From the human T2T-CHM13v2.0 reference genome, Homo sapiens: 64,000 nt of DNA. The notes beneath the pieces were generated by a model. That model ran no database searches. It saw only the letters and a list, made by a program, of their open reading frames with translations, and was not told the DNA's origin. The stretch lies in assembly GCF_009914755.1 (NCBI RefSeq), contig NC_060928.1; one strand, written 5' to 3'. This document shows positions 12,191-23,539 of this stretch, in pieces; the stretch's first letter is position 1, and the number at the start of each line of letters is the position of its first letter. Position numbers and translations under genes: made by a program.

Positions 12191-13270
12191 GGATCCCGAG
12201 GACCCCCCAGTTGCAGCCATGTCAAGACTGACAGAGAGGAGGACCCCAGCTGTTACGGGCAACACCCGTTGAACACAGCTACCCACCTGGGGACAGATCA
12301 AGAAGCTATTACAGATGGCGGAAGAAAACCTGAGGAAAGCCGGACAGCCAGTCACAATGAGTAATTTAATGGTAGCTATGATAGTGGTGATCACCATTGC
12401 TGTGAGTATTCCTTCAACAAGGGCTGACACAGAGAACAATTATACATATTGGGCATATTTATCAATCTTGGCTGGCAATAATGCCTGGATGTAATCACTC
12501 TATGACACAGTTACACATGTTTCTGATCTTAGTATTTACTATAATAAATCTGCTCCTATAATTGAGGCATACAACCCTCAAAAACCTATTTGTAAACAGA
12601 ATTGGACCTGGCCAGAAGTAATGAACATACTTGTTTGGGAAGATTGCATTGCAGAACATACAGAGGTGCTATGCAACAATTCCTATGGAATCATTATTAA
12701 CTGGTCCCCTAAGGGGACATTTAGCTTGAATTGCACCTCTCAGTCTGCATGCCACGGCCACACTGTGTTTAGCTGGTCTGAACAAAATGGTCAGATGGTA
12801 GAAATAGTAAGAAATATGGCAAGAGTTCCTATTATGTGGAAACATGGCGGTATAGTGGCACCTCAATCTCAATCTGATATGGCCCGCTCTAGGAGCTAAA
12901 CATAAGGATTTGTGGAAACTATTAATAGCTCTTAATAAGATCAAAATTTATGAAAGAATAAAAAAGCATCTAGAAGGACATTCTACAAACTTGTCTTTGA
13001 ATATTGCAAAATTAAAAGAACAAATATTTAAAGCATCCCAGGCACACCTGACCTAAATGCCAGGAACTGGAGTGCTTGAAGGAGCTGCAGACAGATTAGC
13101 AGCTAGTAACTCATTAAAATGGATAAAAACACTTGGAAGCTCTGTGATTTCAATGATAATTGTGCTTTTAATCTGTGTTTTTTGTCTTTGTATAGTCTGC
13201 AGATGAGGATCCCAATTCCTGTGAGAAGTAGCTCACTGGGACAAAGCTGCCTTTGCTTTTATCGCTTTGC
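12150..13270 (+). pseudogene. env: Internally deleted env remnant
   Basis: Leader PTWGQIKKLLQMAEENL; NYTYWAY; WEDC..GIIINWSPKG (SU); then TM NLSLNIAKLKEQIFKASQAHL and a membrane anchor. Total only ~1.1 kb. Confidence 0.85.
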
Positions 13271-13286
13271 AAAACGAAGGGGGACA
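13271..13286 (+). promoter_or_regulatory. Polypurine tract
   Basis: AAAACGAAGGGGGACA immediately before the 3' LTR. Confidence 0.85.
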
Positions 13287-13798
13287 TGTTGGGAACAGGC
13301 CCCCAAAATCTGGCCATAAACTGGCCCCAGAACTGGCCATAAACAAAATCTCTGCAGCACTGTGACCTGTTCATGATGGCCATGATGCCCATGCTGAAGG
13401 TTGTGGGTTTACTGGAATGAGGGCAAGGAACACCTGGCCCACCCAGGGCAGAAAACTGCTTAAAGGCATTCTTAAACCACAAGCAATAGCATGAGCGATC
13501 TGTGCCTTAAGGACATGTTCCTGCTGCAGATAACTAGCCAGACCCATCCCTTTATTTCAGCCCATCCCTTTCTTTCCCATAAGGAATACTTTTAGTTAAT
13601 CTATAATCTATAGAAACAATGTTTATCACTGGCTTGCTGTCAATAAATATGTGGGTAAATCTCTGTCCGAGGCTCTCAGCTTTGAAGGCTGTGAGACCCC
13701 TGATTTCCCACTCCACATGCTATATTTCTGTATGTGTGTCTTTATAATTCCTCTAGCACCACTGGGTTAGGGTCTCCATGACTGAGCTGGTCTCGGCA
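13287..13798 (+). repeat. 3' LTR (MER9-type)
   Basis: Direct repeat of 6768-7276 (about 44 substitutions and 2 indels by hand count); AATAAA at 13642-13647. Confidence 0.93.
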
Positions 13799-14010
13799 CA
13801 CAGGGATGCCTGGGTCCGCAGCCCTGGCTGAGCAGCTGCAGCTGCACCCTGGAGGGCGGGGCTCCTACTCCTCAAAATCAGTAGTGGGTGAGGCTTCTGC
13901 CTGTTCCTGGCTCCTGCTGGATCTGTGGAGCATACAGCCCTGGCCACGCCTCCCCCACTGCAGCTGGTGTTTTCACAGCGGCTGCTCCAGATGGGCCACT
14001 GCTGCCATCA
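13799..14010 (-). mobile_element. MER52A-type LTR, 5' portion
   Basis: Reverse complement starts TGATGGCAGCAGTGGCCCATCTGGAGCAGC (MER52A start); followed by TSD CCAG. Confidence 0.85.
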
Positions 14011-14149
14011 CCAGCACCTAGAAAACTTCTGGGCAATAAATGGACCTCAGAACATCTTAGCCACATTCACCTGCTCATGACCTAATGCTGCTGTTGTCCA
14101 TTATTTTACTTCTTTCTTAGACTTAACAAAAGTTGGACATCATTCTCAT

Positions 14150-14620
14150 TGTGAACCCTGAATATCTGAGACATGTCTCAGCCAATTTAGGAAGTTTATT
14201 TTGCCAAAGTTAAGGATGCACACCGGTGAGAAAACCTCAGGAGGTTTTGATACCATGTGCCCAAGGTGATCCAAACACAGCTTGGTTTTGTACATTTTAG
14301 GGAGACATGAGACATCAATCAATATATGTAAAATGAACATTGATTTGGTCTGAAAAGGTGGGACACCTCAAAGAAAGGTGGGACAACTTGAAGTGGGGAG
14401 GGGGCTTCCAGGTCATAGGTAGATAAGAGACAAATGTTTGCATTCTTTTGAATTTCTGATTAGTTTTTCCAAAGGAGGCAGTCAGATATGCATTTATCTC
14501 AGTGAGCAGAAGGATGACTTTGAATAGAATAGGAGGCAGGTTTGCCCTAAGCAGTTCCCAGCTTGACTTTTCCCTTTAGCTTAGTGATTATAGGGCCTGA
14601 AGACTTATTTTTCTTTCACA
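14150..14620 (-). repeat. MER4A1-type 3' LTR
   Basis: Minus strand reads TGTGAAAG..CACTAAGCTAAAGGGAAAAGTCAAGCTGGGAACTGC...GGGTTCACA (471 bp), preceded by PPT AAAAGAAAAGCAGGGGAAA. Confidence 0.88.
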
Positions 14621-17600
14621 TTTCCCCTGCTTTTCTTTTAAAAATCTTTTTGGAGGAAGTATTTTAAAAGAAAATGAATCTCTGGTCTCAGGTTTTGTCT
14701 GATCTGTCATGGCTAGGATGGTTTATTCCTAGACAGGAAGGTCCTGAGTTATTAGGAAAGCTCATTTTAACAGGTTATGAAGTCTCATGTCCTATGAAGA
14801 GAAAATAGGGGGAAGAAGGGACAAAACAACAAACGAAAGAGCAATCCTGGAAGATTGATATAGGCCACATTACTCGGAAGTCCATACATTAGTAGGCAGG
14901 TATGAAAGTGGCTTATGTATTTAAATAGGTTTCTGTTATTTTCTTCTGAAGTTTAAGTTGCCTGGCTTTAGTTCACAGGGCTTTAAGAAAACACAGCTTA
15001 GTTTTCAACAATTTCGAATTGGGAAAAATAGGGGTAAAAAGGAAAAGAAAGAAGAAACACATTGAAAACATTATTTTGGAGACATTATTCATTATAGCCA
15101 GGAAAAAATATAATTCAGTCCAAACTGTAGAAAATAATAAAAATGGAAAAACATTAGGCAAGACTAGAATCTAACAATGGGTGTACTATAGTTTTTGAAT
15201 TTTTCTCTCTCCAGTTTGCCATTTTTACCAAAGACAAATCATGGTAGGAGTGATTTGTTTTATTATACTTGGCCAGATTATTTGTACAACATGCAGCAGG
15301 AATAATTATTTTTCACAAAGGCTTTTTAATTTTGCTTTGTTAATTAATAATTTATTATTAATTATAATTAATCATTAATCATCAATTTATTAATTAAATG
15401 GAGCTTTGTTTCATAGAAAGAATCTCAGATAAGACTTTTTAAAAGCCCAGCCATGGATTTGCACCATCAAATATCTATGAGTTGGGTAAATTCCTCTCCT
15501 CTTGAGGTCCCAAGAAAACTTGGGACTCCTGAGCCTGTCAGAAAGTGACATTCTTTACTTACAACAGGTCAGGAACCCTGTACAGAAACTGTGTAGGCAA
15601 GGTATGAGGCCAGTTTTCCCAAGAGGCTTTTATTGGTTCTATAAGTCAAGCTTGATTCCTTAAAGGAAAGCACACCATTCCAGTCAAAGCCTTGGTAAAA
15701 TAACCAGTTTATCCAATGATGTCCTGTTGCAAAAGAAAGTATTATTTGCACTTATGCAAATAACTGTATTGCTGTAAATTAAGAATACTCACAAAAGTTT
15801 ACAAATTCTGGAGAATTCAGGTAGAAACAGATATGCTCCAAATTTTGTTCACAGGAGTATACTTTACTCAATTGCTACAAACTGTAAATAGCTCAAAGGA
15901 AAAGTTTTCTTGTTTCTGAAAAACAAAACAAAGGATCAGCAATGTTTTAAGCAAAACGTCAAAAGATTAATTCAGTCTTCTATTAGTTCAGTCCATACAG
16001 TTAGCTCCTCTTCTGCATGATATTCATGGACATTCCATCTCACCATAAGAGTCCTGAAAGTTTTCCTCTATTTTAATGTCACAATCTCCAAAGTTATCAT
16101 AAACCTGTGTTGAAGAACACCTGTTAGAGTTTTATAGCTGATTATAAAGCCACCTTCTAAAAAGGACCAAAACAAGACAATTGTTTGTCAATGACAAAAA
16201 GTTTTAAGGCAGCCATAGTCAAAGACACACTTGACAAGGAAATTTTTTACCTCTGTGGCACACGATAATTTAACATAACAATTATAGTTATGACTGATAA
16301 TGTGCACTAAGTCATATCAGAATTATAGCAGTTTCCCATAATGTTGGAACTCCTACCAGTAGCATATTTATAGAACTATAGCCCAAAGAAAGCCAAATAA
16401 CATTTCATATTTGACAATGCTTCCTGTATGATTTTTATGCCAAATAAGCCAAATATGTCATTTTTTGACTTTAGTGAACCTAATACCATGAAAGATTAAT
16501 TAGGTCAGAAAAAGACATAATTTATAATTTGATTTTGGAAAGTTTGTCAAATATCAAAAGTTTAAAACACTTGATATTACAAAATAGGATCACAGGTCGT
16601 TGTAAAATAAGTCATTCATTTAACCAAAGTAATAAGGATTTCAAAAAAAAGATGAAAATCTTCATTCTTTGAGAGAGGAGACTTACTTTTTCAAAAAATA
16701 AGTGCAATAAAACATCGTGAAGCCAGTTAAATTTGTTTTCAAAATTTTATACACAATCTATAAAATTTTAATCATCTTGACGTAAGATATAATTTCCGTA
16801 AGTCTTTTATAACCTTTATTAAGGAGTTGGCTAATGCTTCAGGAAAACCTTGTAAATCTGATACTGGGGCCCATATGCTGTGCTTGCATCAATGTGCCTT
16901 TGACATTAATGGTTACTTTATAGAGAAACTGAACTTACTTTATCTCTCAAAATTGGCCCTTAGAATCTCATGTGCTGGCCACTTCCACAATAATTCCTGG
17001 GCCTTGAGGAGTTGAATAGCTTTAATTTCTGGCCCTGTGTCTCACAAACACAGTTTATTTTGATTGGTATCTTCTGTGGTGTCTGAAGAGAGGCTTTAAT
17101 TGCTGTCAGTGATAAGATTCAGCAGAACTTGGTGTCCTTTTAGACCCAGGAGTCAAAGCCCTGTAACTTATTGGCACAAGGACTTTAAAAGCACATAACA
17201 GAAAGTTATAAGGGTGTAGTAACTGTAGTTTTAAAAAATTGTTTTTAATCTCAGTTTTTTTCTAAGTAAACCAGACATAGTAATAATGATATAGGAATTA
17301 TTTCAATGATGCACAAGATCTGTTTATTAGGCCAGTTACCCAAGGCAAGAGAAAAGATCTTCTGCAATGTGACTGCTGTTCCCTATGGGGAATATTCTGT
17401 TGGAAGGAAACATTTCCTTTAGACCTTTAAGATGAAATTGTTTTTTGTTTTGTTTTGTTTTTGCATCAGGCCACAACAGTTAGAACTGGAAAAAAAATAA
17501 CTTGCAGGAGCTAAAAATGAGTTGAACATAGAGTTATTATTTCAAGCCTTTTAAAAAGGGAGAGAAAGCCAAAAACAGCAAAATGCAATAAAAGTTGAAC

Positions 17601-17652
17601 TTTGCATAAAAAATTATAATGTCTTTTAATTTATTATGAGTAAAGCAATTAG

Positions 17653-17953
17653 AGCTGGGCATGGTGGCTCACGTCTGTAATCCCAGCACTTCGGGAGGTC
17701 AAGGTGGGTGGATCACTTGAGGTTAGCAGTTCAAGACAAGCTTGGCCAACATGGTGAAACCCCATTTCTCCTAAAAATACAAAAATTAGCTGGGCATGGT
17801 GGCGCACACTTGTAATCCCAGCTACTCAGGAGCCTGAGGCAGCAGAATCACTTGAATCAAGGAGGCGGAGTTTACAGTGAAATGAGATCATGCCACTGCA
17901 CTCCAGCTTTGGTGATAGAGTGAGACTGTGTGTCAAAAAAAAAAAACAAAAAA
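17653..17953 (+). mobile_element. Alu (old S-type) inside MER4 internal region
   Basis: Full dimer with A tail; TSD GAGTAAAGCAA at 17638-17648 and 17954-17964. Confidence 0.93.
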
Positions 17954-18609
17954 GAGTAAAGCAACAACTTAAGAACATGGCATACTTTGAACCAATTATT
18001 TAGGGTATAAGTAGTTTTTTTAAATAATTAAACACAATCTCTAGATAATTGATAATTAAAATTATAGACAAAATGATCATAAAAAAGTTGTCCTTTTAAA
18101 TAAATCCTCTTATTGTGTCTTACACAGACCATTCATAACATGCTTGGACATTCTTGTTTGTCATGAGCATCCCTCTTTTTTAAACAACCAGACGTTTTAT
18201 TTTAGGACAAAGTTTACCATACAAGATTCCTTCTCATATAAAATTATTTCTCTTTAACCTTCTTACCAAAAAATACCTCTTTATTTCTATAACTTTCTTT
18301 ACATCTCTATTTATTTCCTGGTATCTTTTACCTTGTTTTATACATAATCTTGAAATAAGCTTTGAATTAGACAAAAGTATTCACCTTTTTAAAAAGGACA
18401 CATATTGTATTTTTAGAAAGAATGTTTTCCTACAATATATTTTAATTGGAAAATACCCAAGTAATGAAATAGCTATTATTTAATATAACTTTAGATTCTA
18501 AATTATGAAAAGTTTGTCTACAAGTATTTACCCCATACATTTACCTAATTATTTCATTTTAATTGTTTACCTAGATTATGAAAACTGCAATAGTCATCAC
18601 TTAAAGTTA

Positions 18610-18853
18610 TGAAACTGCCATTGCAAAATTATAATTGAGACAGTGAAAAACATCTGACCTAACTGACTCCATCTTGCTTCTAATCTCCAAGCTGTCCTTG
18701 TTCATTCCTGGGCATGGGCCGAACTAACTTTTGGAGGAATTTAGGTTATAATTTAGCTTTGAAACAAAGACAATAACAGTCCTCTCCCAAAACAAACCCC
18801 CTTCCTGCCTGGGGACTAAACTGCCTAAAGCCAGAAGATTAGAAGTTATGGTT
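18610..18853 (+). mobile_element. LTR8 5' fragment, antisense to the MER4 provirus
   Basis: TGAAACTGCCATTGCAAAATTATAATTGAGACAGTGAAA..GACTCCATCTTGCTTCTAA..GCTGTCCTTGTTCATTCCTGGGC matches the recalled LTR8 start; truncated. Confidence 0.75.
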
Positions 18854-20312
18854 ATTTTACTAAATAATTCAAGATTTAGCTATTGTCATTAAACCAATAT
18901 TAACGTCTTATTTATCAAAAGCTACATAAACAAAGATCATTCTGTTTTGCACTGGGCTTTACAGTTTTGTAACCCCTATGCCAAATTTTGAGAACTGATA
19001 GTATTTGGCAGGGGTAAGTATGAAAATGCTTGATTAATAAATACAAACAAAAATGTATGCTGGAAACTCTTAAGACATTTCTAATATTACTTTATCAAAA
19101 ATTTTAAAGTTAGCTTATTTATTAATGATTTTACTTAGGTCTTGAAAAACTTGAATTTGAAAAAGCATTTGACTAGTCTTTCCTTTTTTCTAATGAAGTA
19201 TTTGATTTAAGCACTTTTATTTTTCCTTAAGCCAATTACTTAGAGCTCTTTCATATATTTTTAATAGTGAAACATTGTGTACACAACACATAAATACATA
19301 GATGCATTAGGCATATCAATAAAAGTACACCTTATAGATTCATAAGACCTCCCTTTTTCCCCCTATTTAAGACATGCAAATTCTTGAAAACCTGTTTCAT
19401 TATGCTGGCAGTTGTCAGGTAAATAGCCCTAAATCTGCGTATTGAAGGAAACAACTCTTAGGTGAAAAATCAAATAGCAAAGTTTACAACCCAAGGTACA
19501 GAGAGAAAATGTCTGTTGGTGCTAGAGGGAAATTAAAGATGGATGCCAAATCAAACGTAAAAATATACAGAAATCTATCATAGTATTGTATAAGGAGACT
19601 AATTTAATTTAGATAGGGACTACTTGTCACTTAACTAGATCGCTGAGCTCTGGGCAGAGCCCATACAGAATCCTGGGTCTCCAAAAAGGGAGAATTATTA
19701 TGAGGCTAGAACATGCGATGCTTGTACAGTGCACTAAAAAAAATTTTTTTTTAAACAAAGACATTTCATTTTTTAAACAAAGACATTCTTCCTTAAAAAC
19801 CCAAGAGTAGCCTCTGTTGCAACTATTTTAGTCAAAAAATCAGGTAACGTAGTACAAAAGCAAGCAGTTTAAGAGCTGAGACGAATTTGCCTGTTTACAC
19901 TCTTGGAGTTCCATAAGGAAAAACAGCAGCTTTTTCCCACAAGGAAGTCTGGCACCTTCTCCATTTTCTTTAAGGAACCCCAGGCTATTATAAACTATTT
20001 TAGGTCCCTCTTGCAGCACAGGGTTCAAGAGAAAGGAGAGACAGCAGATGTAAATGAAGAAAACAGAATTCAGTCAACTGAGAAGAAAAAAACTTTTGCT
20101 CAAAAAAGACAAGGTCCTAGGAGAGAGAAAAACAAAACAAAACAGGCCTTTTAAATTCAAATACACGCACACACAGACATACACAAACACAGCTTGGATG
20201 TTAGCTTTTAATTAAGGTGACTTTTAACCGTTGAACTCCTTTAAAAAAATCTTTTAAAATCTTATTACCATATTTCAGCGAGGTCAAATTGCTGCTATTT
20301 TAGAAGTACCAA

Positions 20313-20841
20313 TATTAATGGAAAGGAGTCCTGATCCAGACCCCAATAGAGGGTTTTTGGATTTCACACAAGAAAGAATTCAAGGAGAATCCATACAGTA
20401 AAGTGAAGGCAAGTTTATTAGAGAAGTTAAGAAACAAAAGAATGGCTGGCTACTCCATAGGCAGAGCAGCCCTCCTGATGGCTGCTGATAGTTATTTCTT
20501 GATTACATGTGAAACAAGGGGTAGATCTGATTCATGGTGCCCCTTCTTAAACCATATGGAGCAACTTCCTGATGTTGCCGTGGCTTGTGTAAACTGTCAT
20601 GAGTGTAGCAGTGAGGACAACCAGAGGTCATTCTCATTGGCATTTTGATTTTGTTGGGTTTTGGCCGGCTTTTTACTGGAAGCTGTTTTATTAGCAAGGT
20701 CTTTATGACCTGTATCTTGTGTTGACCTCCTATCTCATCCAGTGATTTAGAACGTCTAGGAATGCAGCCCAGTAGTTCTCAGCCTCATTTCACGCAGCCC
20801 CTATTCAGGATGGAGTTGCTCTGATTCAAACACCTCTGACA
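20313..20841 (-). mobile_element. MER41A solo LTR
   Basis: Minus strand starts TGTCAGAGGTGTTTGAATCAGAGCAACTCCATCCTGAATAGGGGCTG; ~530 bp; TSD CCAA/TCAA (20309-20312 and 20842-20845). Confidence 0.85.
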
Positions 20842-21773
20842 TCAAGCATCAAACCAGAAAGGGCTTGATTTAGAAACGAAACCCAGGCTGTCATAGTGAA
20901 AAAAAAGAAGGCAGAAACTTAGCTATGGAACTGCAGCATAGGGCCACAACCATTGCTCTTTCAGTTTGACCTGAAAGAGCAAAAAGGTGGCTTTGTTATG
21001 TAAATAAAGCTCCTTAAGTAGTCAAAATAAAAAAAAAAAACTTTACTTTTTTTTCTTTTTAGTGGTTGTTTTTCTCCCCCACCACACCTTTTTGTTGATG
21101 TTGTTTGTTTTTGTTTTTGTAGCAATTTAGCCACTTCAGAGGCCTTGTTTCCCATAATTTGGAACTTTCCTTTAGATTTGATCAAATTGGATAGAGCTGG
21201 TCAAACCCAATAGGAAAAAGACTGAAACAACAACAAAAACAGGAACAAAACAAACAACGAAAAAGCAGTTAAGCGAAACAAACAAATGATTGCACAACTT
21301 ATACCATTACTGAGCGCTCTAATGGTAAGGAAAAATTAAGACCAGCTGGTTGTTAATCTTAACTTTAGCCAAGACAAACCCCAATTCAGTTACTTACCTT
21401 GGGGTGGGTCTCAGGCTGAAGATTGCTCTCTACCTTCCTAGAAGCAGGAAAAAAATTCAAACTTGCCTTCCCTGTTGGGAGTGATTTCAAACTCCAGAAA
21501 GGAGTTACCTGCCTTCCATCACCATGGAAGCAGGACAACTTGCCCTCCCTCCTTGTTGGAAGTCAGTAAAACTCAAAAAAAAAAAAAAAAACAGTTGTAC
21601 AGCAAAATAAACTTCATATCTCAACCAAATTTGGGGAGACCAGGGATCCTCTGGAGGGAGAGGCTTCCAGGCCTCAGCAAATTGTCCTATTGGTTTGAGC
21701 CATAAAGATAACTCGAGCTGGTACCAAGCACTGATAGGAGATTTGTCAAAGGTCAGGGGTATCTCCACTCAGA

Positions 21774-21791
21774 ATCCCTTCATGGTTACCA
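21774..21791 (-). promoter_or_regulatory. Primer-binding site, tRNA-Arg(TCG) type
   Basis: Plus strand ATCCCTTCATGGTTACCA versus the recalled tRNA-Arg-TCG 3' end ATCCCTTCGTGGTTACCA (17/18); 3 nt from the 5' LTR. Confidence 0.75.
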
Positions 21792-21794
21792 AAA

Positions 21795-22290
21795 TATGAA
21801 CCCTGAATATCTGAGACAGATCTCAGTCAATTTAGGAAGTTTATTTTGCCAAAGTTAAGGACGCACACCCAAAGTTAAGGACACAGCCTCAGGAGTCCTG
21901 ACAACCTGTGCCCAAGGTGATCCGAGCACAGCTTGGTTTTATACATTTTAGGGAGACAGACATCAATCAATATACATAAGACAAACATTGGTTTGATTGG
22001 GAAAGGTGGGACAACTCAAAGCAAAGGTGGGACAACTCAAAGCAAAGTTGGGACAACTTGAATTGGGGAGGGGGCTTCCAGGTCATAGGTAGATAAGAGA
22101 CAAATGGCTGCATTCTGTTGAGTTTCTGATTAGCCTCTCCAAAGGAGGCAATCGGGTATGCATTTATCTCAGTGAGCAGAGGGGTGACTTTAAACAGAAT
22201 AGGAAGCAGGTTTGCCCTAAGCAGTTCCCAGCTTGACTTTTCCCTTTAGCTTGGTGATTTTAAGGCCCCAAGATTTATTTTCCTTTCACA
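21795..22290 (-). repeat. MER4A1-type 5' LTR
   Basis: Homologous to 14150-14620, with extra internal tandem duplications (496 bp). Confidence 0.88.
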
Positions 22291-23539
22291 TCGTCATAAT
22301 CACTACAAGCAAACGTCTTTGTTGAGATTTACTTAAATATTTACCATTTTCTTAACTCACCATTACTTCTTGCTTTCCATGTCTTTTTTGAAGTCCACAT
22401 ATTAAATACTTCTTCAATGAATAATGTCCGGTGGTAGTGCTCTTAGTTTTTGCTTAATCCTCCCGTATAATTATTATTCTATTAGTTCTTAAAATTCTAC
22501 TTGACTCTCTTAAAATTTTCATGAACTTTTTTGACTTTCTTGGTCCTTGCCTATTAATTTAGTTCCAACTTTTATTTTTGAACATTTTATACATTGCCCT
22601 AGAAAAATTTTGTATCTGAAAATTCTTATCATTCTTGTATCTAAAGACCTTTTATTTTACCTACCGACTATCCTTTACAATAGTTTATTTCTTGTGTATT
22701 GGTGATTTAAAAAACATTGGGAGCCTACATCTGGTATGACTTATTGTAAAAAGGCTGAGTGCTGAAACTGGTGACTTTTCTAACAAGAATTTGCATTTGC
22801 TCTGCCTCGGCCCAGTTTGTTGTTCTGACCTGGAAACATTAAATGTTTCCAGAGGCTGTGGCTTAACATGGGAGTTCCAAATCTCCCCACCCTCCCTCCA
22901 TGCCTTTCTGCAGACTCCTTTGACTAGTACATTTGCCTTAATTATCAAAGAAAAATGTGGTTGCAGATACATTGTGGAGCAACAGAGAAACATCTGGAAG
23001 TCAGGAGACTGAGGTGCCTCCAAGTACTAATGATAAAAATTAACAAAATAATATAGAAATCCCATACAGGCAGGAGCAGCCAAGGCACAAAGGAATGAAG
23101 CCTTGGGCCACCCCACCAGGTAAAGAACCCCAACCAGTTGAGGTGCAAATTGGGAGTGGAGGAAGGACATTGTACATTTCAACTAAGCCTTCCTGATTAG
23201 TTACAGAAATAAGTATTATAGTAGCTGTCAATATTTTCTTCTTTGCATGATCAGGCATATGTTTACGTAATTTCCCTTTTCTATTTGTGTTGCCTTTGGC
23301 TAACTTTACTCTGAGTTTGAAATATACCGAATATCAAAGTAGGAGTATAACCAAATTGGAAGATGAATAAATGAATGCAATTACTGACGAGACTTGGGTC
23401 TTTTTTTTTCAGGGACAGAGCAAACATTTTTATTTGAATGAAAGATAATCTCATTATGTTAGGAGAAAATGCGTTGGGTTTTTTTTTAATACACATGTTG
23501 AAAGAATGACACATATGGACATTGTGTTGTCAAAGGGGT

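Larger units (their letters stand above)
6768..13798 (+). mobile_element. HERV-K(HML-3)/HERVK9 provirus, two LTRs, defective
   Basis: Paired ~510-bp LTRs (TG...CA), 6-bp TSD CACAGG (6762-6767 and 13799-13804), Lys PBS, PPT, and betaretroviral gag-dUTPase/pro-pol-env remnants. Confidence 0.93.
14150..22290 (-). mobile_element. MER4 (ERV1, non-coding) provirus with MER4A1-type LTRs
   Basis: Paired LTRs at 14150-14620 and 21795-22290; TSD TCAT/TCGT (14146-14149 and 22291-22294); PBS and PPT on the minus strand; AT-rich internal region with no long ORF. Confidence 0.88.

Noticed and set aside
19745-19790. Short tandem duplications (also 42351-42379, 63120-63140, 63203-63229)
   Set aside because: Ordinary replication-slippage duplications with no sign of function.
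22002-22062. 21-bp direct repeats as a CRISPR-like array
   Set aside because: The repeats are contiguous with no spacers, lie inside an LTR, and are in primate DNA.
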